NCBI RefSeq assembly: GCF_006345805.1
Contig: NC_042999.1
Location: forward strand, 152,024,001-152,088,000
DNA from: Octopus sinensis
Taxonomy: Eukaryota
Direction of reading: 5' to 3'
Length of the DNA stretch: 64,000 nt
The number at the start of each line of letters is the position of its first letter. The stretch's first letter is position 1. Both the position numbers and the translations under genes were made by a program. A model generated the notes under the pieces. That model had not been told where the DNA came from, did not search any database, and was given only the letters and a program-made list of their open reading frames with translations. Positions 51,321-63,794 of this stretch are shown here, piece by piece.

Positions 51321-51700
51321 TATATCATTTTCTGTAACCCCAGACAAGCCTTGTAAAGAGATTTGCTCAGGGAGCTTATCAGGGGTTTATGATAGTTTTA
51401 CTCAATGTATTCATGAGATCGCTCCCAGACCAAGAATCAATGTATATACAAAGACCAAACTGTCAGTGCAATCATTAGACTCACACACATCTGTCTGTTT
51501 TTCTTAGTTCTGCTGTTTATTTATTGATATTTTTAATTGAATCTGTCTCTAGTAGTAAAGAGATAAATCTTAGGTGCATAGAAATTGAAAAGTTTTCTAT
51601 GACATCTGTATATACTTTTCTATTATGGCCTTCCTCATATATAAAATTGATAAAAAAATATCTACTACATTCACTAATACTTCAGTTTTGAATTTATCAG

Positions 51701-51769
51701 CTGATTCCCCTTTCTTAACAAATACAAAGAACTGTAAGACATCCTCTTTGAAGGGATGCCATTCATCAG
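51701..51769 (+). CDS. Candidate symmetric phase-1 exon (xDSPFLTNTKNCKTSSLKGCHSS)
   Basis: Acceptor TTTTGAATTTATCAG|, consensus donor CAG|GTAAGT, 69 nt, only phase 1 is open. Confidence 0.35.
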
Positions 51770-52324
51770 GTAAGTTAACAGCAGCTCTGGGGGTGAGAAA
51801 TAGGAACTAATATTCAGCCATTTAATAATGTTTGTTAGATTGTCAAGTCACTCATTTGTACCGCATTAATTAGATCTGGTTAGAATCATCAGCACAACGG
51901 TCTGGTAAGTCCAGATTATTGAGTAGAGAGATGTTGTTATAATAGATGATTTATCATTTACCTCTGTTCAATCATTAGACTGTGGCCATGCTAGGGCACC
52001 ACATTGAAGAATTTTTAGCCAAACAAATCAGCCCCAGCATTCATTTTTTAAAGCCTGGTACTTATTCTGTCGGTCTCTTTTATCAAACTGCTATATTATG
52101 GGGATGTAAACACACCAACACCAGTTGTCAAGCAGTGGTTGGAGACAAAACAAACATAAAAACATACTCACATAAATATATATGTGTGTGTGTGTGTTAA
52201 ATAAAATAAGATAACAAGGCCGAGGCAATGTGATATTTCTAGGACATAAAGAGAAAGGTGGTCAGACCATCTAACCCATGCCAGCATGGAAAATGGACAG
52301 TAAATGATGATGATGATATATATA

Positions 52325-52540
52325 TGGCCAATGCTAGTGCCGCCTGATTGGCTCCCATGCCGGTGGCATGTAAAAAGCACCCACTACACTCTTGAAGTGG
52401 TTGGCGTTAGGAAGGGCATCCAGCTGTAGAAACATTGCCAGATCAGATTGGAGCCTGGTGCAGCCTCCTGGCTTGCCAGTCCCCAGTCAAACTGTCTAAC
52501 CCATGCCAGCATGGAAAACGGATGTTAAACGATGATGATG
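52325..52540 (+). mobile_element. RTE-like retroposon 3' tail nested in SINE B
   Basis: GGTTGGCGTTAGGAAGGGCATCCAGC...CCATGCCAGCATGGAAAACGGATGTTAAACGATGATG. Confidence 0.75.
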
Positions 52541-53677
52541 AAAACGGATGTTAAATGGTGTTGTGGTGGTGGTGATGATGATGATGATACAACAGGCTTC
52601 TTTCAGTTTCTGTCTACCAAATCAATTCACAAGGCTATAGTAGAAGCCACTTGTCCAACGTGCCATGCAGTGGTACTGAACCCAGAACCATGTGGTTGGG
52701 AAGCTTCTTACCCTATAGCCACACCTTTGTCAACATATAATCACATGTATTCATGGTACTTCACTCCTATTTTATTTGCTTGTAATATATCTTTAACTGA
52801 ATTAATTGGTTGCATTTTATAGCCTTCCTGGATAATGTTTGTGAACTGTGACACACAGTTATAACAGCATGTGAAAGGATTGTGCCAATTTACTCTCTAT
52901 TGCTCGTGGGTAAAGGGAGTGTTGCGGTATGGTTTTATTTCTGTAAAATCTTATTTAATTACTATTTTATATTCATGTTGAATGTCAAAAAATCATTTTC
53001 CTCTATTAAATGTTACATCATATTTATAATGCACTAACAGCATTATAGATCTGATATAACATTTATGCTTTGTATTGTTCAGCAGCCACCATCTTAAAAA
53101 CTCAAGAATACATTGAACAGTGTAGTCTTAGATATCTACAAAAGAAAAGGCAGGTTGGTCACAACTAGAGTGCACTTAATCTCAGATCTCCAGGATCAAT
53201 TCATTAATTACTGTAACATTCTCTATAAAAAGTATAATGGCTGCAATTCTTTTCTTTTATTTTGTTTCATCCTTTCTTTTCTCAAAAAATGGTTGTTTAC
53301 TGTATTTGCCTACAACTCAAACATAGTTTATAGTATAAATATGGAGTAAGAATCATTCAAACAACATCACTATTTTTCCAAATTCATCTGCATTTCATGA
53401 GGAATTTTTCGTTCTTCAAATTTGTCTTGGAGTAAAAGAGACCTACCCTTTTATTGGTAATAAATTTTAGTCTGAAAATTCAACTTGTCTGCTGGAAAAT
53501 ATGGTATTTATTAAAACTGATCAGAAGATATCTTGTGGAAAACTAAAATTGCTTATTAGGTTTTAGAATTTTAAACATTAATGCTAACACCTGGCTAAAA
53601 TTGCTGTTTATTATAGAGTAGGAATATGTGAAATATATATGTATAGTATTTTTAAAAAGTAAGGTTTGTCAAAAAGG

Positions 53678-53901
53678 GGTGGTTGTGTAGTAAGAAGCTT
53701 GCTTCGCAACCACATGGTTCTGAGTTCAGTCCCACTGCATAGCACTTTGGGCAAGTGTCTTCTATTATAGCCTCAGGACGACCAAAGCCTTGTGAGTGGA
53801 TTTGGTTGACTGAAACTGAAAGAAGCCTGTTGTATTTATATTTATATATATATATATATATATATCATCATCATCATCATCATCATCGTTTAGCGTCCGT
53901 T

Positions 53902-53936
<35 letters not shown>

Positions 53937-54115
53937 ATGTATGTATTTGTGTGTCTGTGTTTGTCCCTGCTCCATCACTTGACAACCAATGTTAGAGCGT
54001 TTATATCCTTGCAACTTAGTGGTTTGGCAAAAGAGTCCGATAAAATAAGTACTAGGCTTACAAAGAATAAGTCCTGGGGTTGATTTGTTCGACTAAAGGC
54101 GGTGCTCCAGCATAC
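53678..54115 (+). mobile_element. SINE family B, CpG-decayed
   Basis: Family B structure with CG>TG/CA changes. Confidence 0.8.
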
Positions 54116-54194
54116 CCACTGAAGCAACCAATGTCAAATATGAGTTTGAGGTCTGTTCAAACATTTTATGATGAGAGGAGAAAAGCATCATTTA

Positions 54195-54525
54195 TCTTTT
54201 ACTTATTTCACTCATTGCTTGTGACCATGCTGGGGCACTGCTTTGAAGTCGAACAGAATGATGTGAAATCTCTACATTACAGGAATGTAAACAAACCAGC
54301 ACCAGTTGTCAAGTGATGGGGGCTGGAGACAAACACAGTCATAAAGATATATGCACACATATATATACAATAGGCTTCCTCACAGTTTCTGTGTACCAAA
54401 TTCACTCACAAGACATTGGTCGTCCTGGGGTTATAGTAGAAGATAGTACTTGCCCAAGGTGCTGTTCAGTGGGACTGAACATGGAACTACGTGGTTGCAA
54501 AGCAAGCGTGTTAACCACACTGGCA
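54195..54525 (-). mobile_element. SINE family B, inverted next to the previous copy
   Basis: Reverse-complement family B motifs. Confidence 0.75.
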
Positions 54526-54731
54526 TATCTGCAAAGAGGGTTTTCTAAATTGTTACAAAGTGAAGAACTAAAGGCAGTGTATACTGTCATATATCTGTCA
54601 TTGAGCTGTTTCTGTATAATGTATATCTTCAGTACGCAGAGTGCTAGAGGATTACATTAGGAAGAATTTTGAGTTAATGAAGTAAAATGATAAAGCTGCA
54701 TTGTTTTCAGAAAGAGGAGAAAAAAGGGAAG

Positions 54732-54790
<59 letters not shown>

Positions 54791-55225
54791 AGAGATGTGT
54801 ATAGTTTAAAATAAGACAAAAGTGAATGGTACTTAATCCTGTCTTCCTCTTAATACTCATGTTGAGAACAAAGAAACTTCAACCAAATCAAGAAGCATGA
54901 AAACCACATGTGTCTTGTTCACCTTTCATGCATGCATACACATACACACATGTATACACACAGACACAGAGGGAGGGAAAAAAAAGAGAAAAATGCTAAA
55001 ATGGAAATTTTCTGCAATATTTGAATTTCAGTGTCAAATACATATCTCTAAAGATTAGCTGGATGGTAACACTTGAAGAATGTTATTTTGTTTTCATGAA
55101 TAAATAACTCATTGAAAATCTTAGCTTGTGATGTTGCAGTTTAAAAATGTATTCACAAGTGCGGCAAACCTCCATGACTCTGGCCAAGAAGTAAATACTG
55201 ACTTAATCTTTTAATATATAATAAA

Positions 55226-55597
55226 TCTCTCTATATATAAACGGCAGTTTGTCTGTGTGTGTTTCTGTGTGTCTGTTAGGTTGTACCCTCACCCTGACCA
55301 CGGCTTTCAACCGATTCTGATGAAACTTGACACACACATAGCCCAATGTCATAATTCAAAACTAACGCAGCGAAAATTTTGAAAAGTTACCCCAGTTCTG
55401 AAAAAAATCGATAAATTCGACATGGGGTCGAGAATCAGAAACACAAACCACAGACTGTCTAGGGGACGCAACTCGACCTTTTTAACTAAAAAACAAATTT
55501 ACCATCATTTTTTTTCTATTTTTTGGCTATAACTCTCTAAAAATGCTTTATAGTTATTTCCCTTACAAACCCGAGCAACGCCGGGCGATACTGCTAG
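55226..55597 (+). mobile_element. Non-autonomous Helitron
   Basis: A|TCTCTCTATATATAAA 5' end, subterminal hairpin CCCGAGCAACGCCGGG, CTAG|T 3' end, no TSD. Confidence 0.88.
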
Positions 55598-55777
55598 TAT
55601 ATACATAAAAATAAAATAATTCTCTTGTTTATTATTGATTCAATCATTTAGTTATTTGACCTTTCCACTAGTTTTGTATTCAGCTCTCAACAATTTCAGA
55701 TTTTCTTCGTTTGGAGCTTAAAAAAATTGATATCAGTTACTGTTGCTGTTATTGTTGTTATTATTGTTGAAGCTTAG

Positions 55778-56399
55778 AGGTGGCAGAATTGTTAGCACAC
55801 TGGACAAAATGCTCAGTGGTATTTTGTCTGTCTTTACATTCTGAGTTCAAATTCCGCCAAGGTTGACTTTGCCTTTCATCATTTCGGAATCGATAAATTA
55901 AGTACCAGTTGCGTACTGGTGTTGACCTAATCAACTGGCACCCCTCCCCCAAAATTTCAGGTGGTGAGCTGGCAGAATCATTAGCATGCTGGGTGAAATG
56001 CTTCGTGGTATTTCGTCTGTCTTTATGTTCTAAGTTCAAATTCCGCTCCTGTCAACTTTACCTTTCATCCTTTCAGGGTTGATAAATTAAGTACCAGTTG
56101 TGTACTGGTGTTGATGCCCTCTCTCCCTTCCCCCAAAATTTCAGGCCTTGTACCTAGAGTAGAAAAGATTATTGTTGAACTTTAGAGGTGGTGAGCTGGG
56201 AGAATCGTTAGCATGCTGGGCGAAATGCTAAGTTGTATTTCGTATGTCTTTATGTTCTGAGTTCAAATTCCGCTGCTGTCAGCTTTGCCTTTCATCCTTT
56301 TGGGATCAATAAATTAAGTACCAGTGGATTACTAGGGTCAATCTAATTGACTGGCCTCTTCCCCCAGAATTTCAGTCCTTGTGCCTATTGTAGAAAAGG
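55778..56399 (+). mobile_element. Three tandem SINE family A copies bounded by a 17-bp direct repeat
   Basis: TTATTGTTGAAGCTTAG at 55761-55777 and 56400-56416, variant at 56169-56185. Confidence 0.85.
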
Positions 56400-56837
56400 T
56401 TATTGTTGAAGCTTAGGTCAACACTGGTTGTGCAAGTTTATGATTGATCAGAGGCATTCTAGTTACAACTATTCCATCTGTTTCTTGATCTCTGGCATAA
56501 TATATTCATCACTACTTTAGTCAATGTGTGCTTCTCTTTTGTAAGATGTTAAAGTGTAATATAAGGGATATTTGGATGCTATTTCTCACAGATCATGTGA
56601 CCATGTTGAAGTTTCCTCATTGGCTTGATTAATTACCAATAATATAATATAGACGATAATTCAGTTAGCATTTTATATTTAGAAACACACAATCAATGGG
56701 TTACAATAGTCACATATACGTCTCTGTTATGTATATGTGTGGATATATATGTATATGTATGTTTTAACAAATTGTATACATATCATCTATTTATCTATCC
56801 CTTATCTATCTTAAATACATATGCATTTTTTGTGTGT

Positions 56838-57220
56838 GTGCAGGCATGGCTGTGTGGTTAAGAAGCCTGCCCTGCAACCACATAGTTTTGAGTTCAGTCC
56901 CACAGCATGGCACCTTGGGCAAGTGTCTTCTACTATAGCTCTGGGCCAACCAATGCCTTGTGAGTGAATTTGGTTGATTGAAACTGGAGGAAGCTCTTCA
57001 TTTGTATGCTGTATATGTGTCTTTGCATCCCATTTTCTCCTGTAACCATTTGACAATCAGTGGTGGGTTGTTTACATCCTCATAATTTAGTGGTCCAGCA
57101 AAAGAAACTGATAGTGTACCAGACTTTGGAAAAGACATAAGTCCTAGAGCAATTTGCTTGACCCAAAACCTGTCAGGTCAGTGCCCTAGCATGGCCACAG
57201 TCCAATGAATGAAACATGTA
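56838..57220 (+). mobile_element. SINE family B, CpG-decayed
   Basis: Head GCAGGCATGGCTGTGTGGTTAAG, domain CACCTTGGGCAAGTGTCTTC. Confidence 0.8.
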
Positions 57221-57226
57221 AACAAA

Positions 57227-57682
57227 CCACCTGACTGGGTCCCATTCCAGTGGCATGTAAAATGCATCATCTGAACATGGTTGATGCCAGTATCCCCTGA
57301 CTAGCTGCCATGCTGATGGCATGTAAAAAACACCAACTGAATGTGGTTGATGCCTGACTAGCTCCCATGTTGGTGGCATGTAAAAAGCACCATTCGAACA
57401 TGGCCAATGCCGGTACCCTCTGACTGGCTCCCATGCTGGTGGCACATAAAAAGCATTATCTGAACATGATCAATGCCAGGTCCACCTAACTGACTCCTGT
57501 GCTGGTGGCATGTAAAAAGCACCCACTACACTCTCGGAGTGGTTGGCGTAGGAAGGGCATCCAGCTGTGGAAACATTGCTAGATCATATTGGAGCCTGGT
57601 GCAGCCGCTGGCTATCCAGGTCTCAGTCAAACTGTCCAACCCATGCCAGCAAGGAAAACAGACATTAAACGATGATGATGTG
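57227..57682 (+). mobile_element. RTE-like 3' tail preceded by five ~60-65-bp tandem units
   Basis: Units CCTGACT(G/A)GCTCCCATG..GGTGGCATGTAAAAAGCACC; tail ACATTAAACGATGATGATG. Confidence 0.8.
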
Positions 57683-58424
57683 TTCCTGTGGCCACAGTAA
57701 CATATATAAAGGACAAAAGACAGCCTGTCAACCACAGTTGAAACACTCCTGTCACAACCTGGGACCTTGAAAACTTCTTTAATGCCAGAAAGTATACTAG
57801 TCCCTTAATATTTGATATTCAATATTTCATCTATTCAATGAGACAATCAATACTTAATTTCATTTTACTATATATATATATAATATTCTATATTATACAT
57901 TAATATTATAAAGAATATAAATAAAACATGAAAAACAGAGTTGGAATTCCTTTGAATAATATATATCCCTCTATACACAATCATATAAACCCCTTTATAT
58001 ATATATATATATAAAAATTTACTCAGACACTAAATTAGATCTAAAATCTTGATTCAATATATCAATTAAGTGATGCAACTTTTATTAGACAAGTTACGTA
58101 TAGCGTTGTAAATGAAGACAAAGAACTAATATTAAGAAAACTCAACAAATGTAAATTATCCGTTGTAAATTGATAATTTCAATAACAACAACAGCAACAA
58201 AAATGCAGAGTCACATATTTTAAAAGTTGGCAATACAAATTACTTAGCTAAATATTTAAAAGCAATTATTTTTTTTAATAAACCATATAGATTTTGCTTC
58301 GTGAAATTGTAATATTTCTACATTTAATGATATAACCTATGAAATTAAAGATGCTTAACTAAAAATATTTGCATAAATTTACCAGACCATATTTTAAGAT
58401 GAAAATTGCATTTATGTATATTTT

Positions 58425-60349
58425 GGTTAATATAGGGCGTAACAAATATCAGAAAATAAAAAAAAAAATGTGTGTAATAGGTGTAAAACAACTTCCTATG
58501 AACGAATATGAAAAAAAAATTTCGCGCACGCGAAAGGGGGGTGGGGGAGAGGCCTCGGAAAATTCACATCGGGAAGTTCCGAAAGCGTCTGAGGAGCTGA
58601 CCCGGGCACCAAAACAAAAAAAAATAGTGTAATATGTGTAAAACAACTTGCTCTAAACGAATATGACAAAAAAAATGCGCTCTCGCGAAAGAGGGGTGGG
58701 GGAGAGGCCTCGGAATATTTATATCGGGAATTTCCGAAAGCGTCTGAACCGGGCACAAAAACAAAAACAAAAACAGCGTAATAGGTGTAAAACAACTTGC
58801 TCTAAACGACTATCATGAAAAAAATGTGCGCTCGCGAAAGGGGGGTGGGGGAGAGGCTTCGGAAATTTCACATCTTCAGTCCACGGCCTTTAAACTAAGA
58901 AAAAATAGTGTAATTGGTGTAAAACTACTTGTTCTAAACGAGTATCAAGAACACACACTCACACATGAATCATAAACTCCGTATTTCGCAAAAAAAAAAT
59001 AAAGAGAAGAAATTCTGGAAAAAGTGAAGAAATGTTGGATCTCCGCCATGTGAATCAAAATACGTGTCAGAAACATCTTGAAATACTACAGAAATTATGT
59101 TACGAAAATGATAATGTATACATACCTCTTTGAGTGGTCCATCGATAATGATGATAAAGAAATGAGTTGGATTTGAACTCAGAATATTGACTAACACAAC
59201 TACATACTACAAGACTCAAAATATTCAGCCAAGTCACCACCCTTTAACTAGCAATAATAATAACATCAATAACATAACAGCCAAAAGATTTATTTGTTCT
59301 GAAAATAACAATCATAGTAAATAAATATGTTCTTTAATATTCACATTCATGTGCACAGTTAAACACACTTACATACAAACAGTCACGCATGCATAATACA
59401 GAACGGAACACATAAATGAAGGATGCATTACTTAGTATATATTACATCTAGAGAATTTTGATTAATAAGTCAAATATGCAAATTATAAAGATAATTAATT
59501 GCTTTACTAAACAGTGTTGTAAAGGTGAAAAAATAAATTTGGGAAAAATTACACGCCAAAACTAATTAATAAAGGATAATTAGGGAAGGATTGACACAAA
59601 ATAATAATTTTTTCTGTCTCTTTTTTTCTGATAAATGCATCTTAATAAGTGAGAAGAATTGCATATATCTGAACTATTTCAAAGAAAAGCATAAATTTAA
59701 TGTTTAAAATAGCTTTAACCAAGGAATGAGATCCAACATTTCTTCACTTTTTCCAGAATTTCTTCTCTTTATTATTTTTTTTTGCGAAATACGGAGTTTA
59801 TGATTCATGTGTGAGTGTGTGTTCTTGATACTCGTTTAGAACAAGTAGTTTTACACCAATTACACTATTTTTTCTTAGTTTAAAGGCCGTGGACTGAAGA
59901 TGTGAAATTTCCGAAGCCTCTCCTCCACCCCCCTTTCGCGAGCGCACATTTTTTTCATGATAGTCGTTTAGAGCAAGTTGTTTTACACCTATTACGCTGT
60001 TTTTGTTTTTGTTTTTGTGCCCGGTTCAGACGCTTTCGGAAATTCCCGATATAAATATTCCGAGGCCTCTCCCCCACCCCTCTTTCGCGAGAGCGCATTT
60101 TTTTTTGTCATATTCGTTTAGAGCAAGTTGTTTTACACATATTACACTATTTTTTTTTTGTTTTGGTGCCCGAGTCAGCTCCTCAGATGCTTTCGGAACT
60201 TCCCGATGTGAATTTTCCGAGGCCTCTCCCCCACCCCCCTTTCGCGTGCGCGAAATTTTTTTTTCATATTCGTTCATAGGAAGTTGTTTTACACCTATTA
60301 CACACATTTTTTTTTGATTTTCTGATATTTGTTACGCCCTATATTAACC
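58425..60349. mobile_element. Foldback-type non-autonomous DNA transposon with ~620-bp modular TIRs and 8-bp TSD
   Basis: Arms 58425-59043 and 59728-60349 are near-perfect reverse complements; GG...CC termini; TSD TATATTTT on both sides; each arm has ~3.5 subunits of 130-155 bp. Confidence 0.92.
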
Positions 60350-60501
60350 TATATTTTTAGGTGAAGGTGTGGTTGTGGCTGGTGGTTTAGAAGTTTGCTT
60401 CTCAACCAAGTGTTTTCAGGTTCATTCTCACTATGAGGCACCTTGAAAAAGTGTCTTTTACTAATAATACCCCTGAGCTACTCTGTGTGTATATATATAT
60501 A

Positions 60502-60550
<49 letters not shown>

Positions 60551-60599
60551 AATACTAAATTTCTAAATCTCTCGTAGAGACATGTATGATGGTGGGGCG

Positions 60600-60675
60600 A
60601 TAGAATGGTTGTATACTGTCAATCTAACACGAACCACCCTACTGTCACGTTCGTGTTAGATTGACAGTATACAAC

Positions 60676-60683
<8 letters not shown>
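60600..60683. repeat. Perfect 35-bp-stem hairpin inside an interrupted SINE B (60365-61050)
   Basis: ATAGAATGGTTGTATACTGTCAATCTAACACGAAC, 14-nt loop, exact reverse complement. Confidence 0.92.
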
Positions 60684-60715
<32 letters not shown>

Positions 60716-61374
60716 TCGCACACACACACATTGCAAGATCAGATTGGAGCCTGGTGCAGCTGCTGTCTCTCCAGACCTCAGTCAAACCATCCAACCCATG
60801 CCAGCATGGAAAACGGACATTAAACAATGATGATGATGATGATGTGTTTGTCTTTGTGTCTGTCTTTGTCCCCCACCATTGCTTGACAACCACTGTTGGT
60901 GTGTTTATTTCCCAAAACTTACCGGTTCAGCAAAAGAGATCAATAGAATAAGTAGTAGTCTTACAAAGAATAAGTCCTGGGGTCAATTTCTTCAACTAAA
61001 TATGGTGCTCCAGCATGGCTGCAGTCAAATCACTGGAACATGTAAAAAGGGAAAAACATAATGTGAAATTTAGATGGAAAGTTTTAATTTAGATCACTTG
61101 AAGACAAGGAAATTCTATCATAGAACCAAGGGCAGGTTCACATGGATTATTACAAAAAGGATTAAGGGCATTTTCAACCCTGATCAAGACTGAGAATCCC
61201 TTAATTTCAATTACTAATGTAATTAAAATTGGTCTTACTAATTTATACTGCAATTTCTAGAGATATGAGTTCACTTTATTAAATGTGGAAATGTATTAAA
61301 CTCTTCAACTTTTCTGTCTGTTCTCCATGTTTAGAATTTAGTACAACATAGTGCTTTCCTGTGGGTGCATTTAT

Positions 61375-61415
61375 ATGTGTGTTTGTGTGTGTATATGTAT
61401 GTATATATATATATG

Positions 61416-61479
<64 letters not shown>

Positions 61480-61490
61480 ATATATATATA

Positions 61491-61538
<48 letters not shown>

Positions 61539-61625
61539 ATATAATATATATATATAATATATATATATATATATCTATATATATATATATATATAATATA
61601 TATATATATATGTGTGTGTGTGTGT
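61375..61625. repeat. Long (TA)n/(TG)n microsatellite
   Basis: Directly visible. Confidence 0.95.
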
Positions 61626-62216
61626 TTATATTTAAATATGTATTTGAAATAGTGAAACGGAATGGCTTTACTGATAACTTTTCAACTTTAATAATTAGAT
61701 GTTTATGAATCATTAGGTGTTTGTTTATATGTATATATATTTATAAATGTATATATATGTGTGTATATTTATAAGTGTGGGTATATGTATATATTTATAA
61801 ATGTCTCTATATATATTTACATATTTGTATGCATGTATATACTTACATGTGTGTTTGTGTATATATTCGTGTGTGTGTGTGTATGTGTGTGTAATGATAA
61901 AATATACATAACAACACAAGGAAAGCAAAATATTCTACTCTATCAGTAAACCAACTAGAAATTTAGTTAAAAGCAAACAAATATACCAATAATGGCAAAA
62001 ACTACAGCAGCATGAGTTTTGTGAATCAATTAAAATACAGGAAATGGAAAGGTTTGATATTTTAATAATTGAAGAATTACGAGAAAGAATTTTTTAAAAA
62101 TTACATTTTAGATGGGTGGTAGCATACGTGTAGCCAGATAAGGTATGCTTGGGATCAGTTTTGCTATATATTTTCATGTAAGTTTTAGGAATCTGTGTAC
62201 ATATGATAATAACTAG

Positions 62217-62866
62217 CACTCTGTCAGTTATGATGATGAGTATTCCAGTTAATTTGATCAATAGAACAGCCTCCTTGTTAAATTAACATGCAAGTAGCTG
62301 AGCACTGTGGCTCAGTGGTTAGGCTATTTGACTCCTGATAGTGAGGTTGTGAGTTCAATTCCTGGCAGTAAATTGTGTCCTTGAGCAAGACACTTAATTT
62401 CACGATACTCCAGTCAACTCAGTGGGCAAAAATGAGTTGTACCTGTAATTTCAAAGGGCTGGCCTTGTCCCATTCTGTGTCATGTTGAATCTCCTTGCAA
62501 ACTACATTAAGAATATGTGTATCTGTGTAGTGCTCAGCCACTTGCTCATTAATTTTATAAGTAGGCTGTTCCATTGATTGGATTGACTGGAACCTCTGTC
62601 GTCATAACCGACAGAGTTCCAGTTAGCTGAGCACTCCACAGACAGTCATACCCTTAAATATAGCTCTCAGGGAGATTCACCATGCCACACTGAATAGACA
62701 GGGCTGGTCCTTTTGAATTACATGTAAAACCCATTTTTGCCAGCTAAATGGATTGGAGCAACATGAAATAAAGTGTCTTACCCAAGAATATGATGCGCCA
62801 CTGGGTATTGAAACCGTGACCATACGATCATGAGACAAATATTCTAGCCACTAAACCATACACCTT
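62217..62866. mobile_element. SINE C (+, 62307-62623) inserted in an antiparallel SINE C (-)
   Basis: 12-bp TSD TAGCTGAGCACT at 62295-62306 and 62624-62635. Confidence 0.82.
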
Positions 62867-62877
62867 CACAGATAATC

Positions 62878-63381
62878 CTTTCTATTACAGGCACAGGGCC
62901 AGAAATTTGAGGGAGGGGGATACTTGATTACATCAATCCCAGTGTTTCACTGGTACTTAATTTATCAACCCCGAAAGGATGACAGGCAAAGTCGACCTCG
63001 GCGGAATTTAAACTCAGAATGGAGCGATGGGTGAAATACCACTAAGCACTTCGTCCAGCATGCCATTGATTCTGCCAGCTTGCTGCCTCCTCCTTTACAA
63101 ATAATGCTATCATGATTTAGTATATCAAAACTGTTTTATTTGCTTTATATTATCTGTTTATTACTAAGGCAGTGAGCTGGCAGAAATGTTAGTATGCTGG
63201 GCAAAAAGCTTAGCGGTATTTCGTCTGTCTTTATGTTCTGAGTGCAAATTCCACCGAGCTCGACTTTGCCTTTTATTCTTTCAGGGTTGATAAATTAAGT
63301 ACCAGTTGCGTACTGGAGTCGATGTAATCGACTGGCCCCCTCCCCAAAAATTTCAGGCCTTGTGCCTAGAGTAGAAAAGAT
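62878..63381. mobile_element. Divergent pair of SINE A copies (62878-63087 minus, 63168-63381 plus)
   Basis: Family A motifs in opposite orientations ~80 bp apart. Confidence 0.82.
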
Positions 63382-63385
63382 CTGT

Positions 63386-63758
63386 TTATTACCTCCACCT
63401 TATCGAAGGCGGAGGTATTGTTTCAGTTGTATTTGTTTGTTTGTCTGTGGACAAGATATCTCAAGAACCAATGGATGGATTCAGGTGAAACTTTCAGGGA
63501 TATTTATTTGGCCTCATGACTGGCACAAACTGATTAGATTTTGGAATTGATCCAGTTCCAGAGAAGGATTCTAGATAATTTTTCCTGTTTTTTTTACTTA
63601 ATTTTTGAGAGTGGTCGGGTTCATTTTTAGTATTCTCATTTGTAAGAGCAATCAAGTTTATTTTAGAGATTCTCATTTTAAAAATCATCTATGGCTAATT
63701 GTTGAAAGGACATTGGTGTTGCCTTGGTAGAGGTTTGTACTCTCTGTGTGCTCTTGTT
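63386..63758 (+). mobile_element. Helentron-associated / DINE-1-like non-autonomous element
   Basis: TTATTACCTCCACC..GGCGGAGGT subterminal IR, (TTTG/TCTG) microsatellite, 3' TTGGTAGAGGT plus short stem-loop. Confidence 0.65.
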
Positions 63759-63794
63759 ATTATTAAAAACGTTTTGTTCCAAAGTGATTACAAA

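Noticed and set aside
55314-55330. CTGATGA word as hammerhead core
   Set aside because: No stem II, downstream GAAA or stem III; ordinary Helitron interior
57227-57524. Regularly spaced repeats resembling a CRISPR array
   Set aside because: Whole units are homologous with no unique spacers; eukaryotic context and no cas genes
58369-60317. Mirror-image ORFs on both strands
   Set aside because: Products of the inverted TIR subrepeats; no transposase motifs
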